A stretch of DNA of 64,000 nt from Dicyema japonicum. Taxonomy: Eukaryota > Animalia > Dicyemida. The notes beneath the pieces are model-generated. The model was not told where the DNA came from, made no database searches, and worked only from the letters and a program-made list of their open reading frames with translations. This document shows positions 62,111-64,000 of this stretch, in pieces (position 1 is the first letter of the stretch; every line of letters begins with the position of its first letter). Where the stretch lies: positions 988,784 to 1,052,783 of the forward strand of contig RDEW01000001.1 in NCBI GenBank assembly GCA_011109175.1, in the 5' to 3' direction. Both the position numbers and the translations under genes were made by a program.

Positions 62111-64000
62111 ACAGAGTAAGATAAAACCATTCTAAAGCTTATTTGTTATATTAATGTTCTGAAAGTTGTCTATTTCTTAAAAACCCCACTAGAGTAAATC
62201 GATTTTAAATATAATGTCCGACACGATTAAAAATGATCAAAGCCACATTAAGTATGACATCTGGCATGTTGATTGACAGGTGATATGTATCCAGTGTGGG
62301 ACGCGTCATAATAAGAGACACCAATATTTTTTTTAATTTTTATTAAAGTAAAATAAAGTCATCAGCGTTTTATCTTCCTTCTTGAAAAATCGAGGAGAAC
62401 AGGGATGGAAATTATCTGTGCAAAAGACTCGACGAGAAGTTAGATGAAGATTTGTTAGTACTAAATAAAATATGTTGATCAGAGATGCGGCAGAGAAAAT
62501 GATGCCAAATTTTCTAAAAAGAGATTTCATCATTGAATCTTATGTCGCAGCACAGAATAAACCATAAGAAAGGTCTGAGGGCACAGAGGAGAGTCCTAGC
62601 TATGACAGTATTTGTGGTGAGATGCCTCAGATTAATACCCACTTTACTTTCCTTTGTTAAAGTTAAAAGTTTAACTCATAAATCTGTTTGCTTCCTGAAA
62701 GTTCCCTCCCTTCGCACGTGAACATTTTTTTCGCCTTATTGTTTTTTATCTCAAAACCCGCTAGTGGAGTCAGGCCAATTTTTTGATAATTCGAATAAAA
62801 TTTAATTTTATAATTTTCAATAAATAAAAATTGATGAACAATCAGGAAAATTAAGTTTATTATCTAAAATATTAATTAAATTAATTAAATTAAATATGAA
62901 AAAACTAATCACTGACTCATTGATCTGGCAGTGTGGAAAAAGTGAAATTAGTTCCCTCATGCTTCGTAATGGTCACGTGGCTAAGCAGTAAATTCCCTGC
63001 CAATAGGCATCGGATAAAGCTCTTCTTGAATACCATTTTCATGAAGACCACCGAAGGGGATTACTGTTGTTGCTGGATTGGGCCAAAAGGGAGTGGCCAC
63101 TACGTCAAAATAGTTCATAACTGAATTGAGTACGCTGATATTCAGGTGTACCAGTAAAACTACAATTTAAGCATTCGAAATTATGTTAAGAGTCCTACTC
63201 TGAAATGAGCCAGGTTTCCGTTTTCCGTAATTCTTAGATTTTTCCCTGTGGAATCATGGAGAATTGTCGTCGTATTTGATGGACACTACGGCTAAAATAT
63301 TTGCCTACAACTCTGCTTACGCGATTCCACAGCTTCTGAAGATTCTTGACAGAGATTACCAGGTATTCCGTGATCATTATCCGTTTGAAGGAGACCGGAA
63401 AGTGGACGGTTCACCACATTCTGGAATATGGACAGCCATCTACGATTATTGGTAGAAAATTCCAGAACAATTTAGCCGAGGAGGAATGTTAACGATTTTT
63501 GTCCTCACTCGTTAAAGAAGATAATTTACAAGCGATGTCTTCCAAAAGGGAAGGATGAACGTCGTTAGCTTGGTTATACAACGAGGAATCTTTGTCCCCT
63601 GTTTTTTAGCTTCTCAGGCTTTCTATGACTTTTATCTAAGTGCATCTCTGCCTGCTAATCTGATTCAGGCAATGATGGAGTTCTTTGGTGCCCAACGTAT
63701 GAGTTGAAGACTCGCCTGGAGTGTATGGACACTGGGATTGGACTGTATAGGGCGGAAAAACCATGTCTTTTACTAGTTTGAGAATTCGGAACTCTAAAAA
63801 TATTTATCTCCCTGCACCCTATCGTCATTTATTGTCTGTGATATTCTTGTCAGGAGGATTGTAGGATTCTACAATTTCTTCCCGAATTGTCTGTTAACCA
63901 GGCCATCCAGCACAATATTGGTATCCACGCAGTCAAGACGGCCCCTGTATGACCATTGCCTGACTTTATTTTACTTTAATAAAAACTAAAAAAATATTGG

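Overview
AT-rich eukaryotic (animal) scaffold with very short GT-AG introns (mostly 20-30 nt). This compact gene style plus metazoan POU and STAR genes suggests a myxozoan-like cnidarian parasite; the taxon is an inference. Four apparently intact host genes were reconstructed by hand: a LAMP-like surface protein (4471-5609, -), QKI/quaking (17243-18457, +), a PAP2-type phospholipid phosphatase (26099-27112, -) and a divergent intronless POU-homeobox gene (37124-38206, +). There is also an ATG4 pseudogene (~60620-62110, -). Most of the rest is decayed mobile DNA: APE-RT non-LTR elements (one near full length at 20810-23390), many CRE-like RLE-type non-LTR fragments, RTE-like fragments, Tigger/pogo and hAT (Buster and GTF2IRD2-type) transposons with a MITE, a Ginger/gypsy-like integrase remnant and a tRNA-derived SINE. 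The best hunt result is a ~60-70 nt RNA motif with HDV-ribozyme-like nested pseudoknot topology and compensatory base changes. It lies just upstream of the endonuclease of the near full-length LINE and recurs in short non-autonomous elements that also carry that LINE's 3' tail. The assembly has two large N gaps and about ten single-N or short-N joins flanked by duplicated sequence, so several apparent tandem duplications may be artefacts. All alignments and translations were done by eye.
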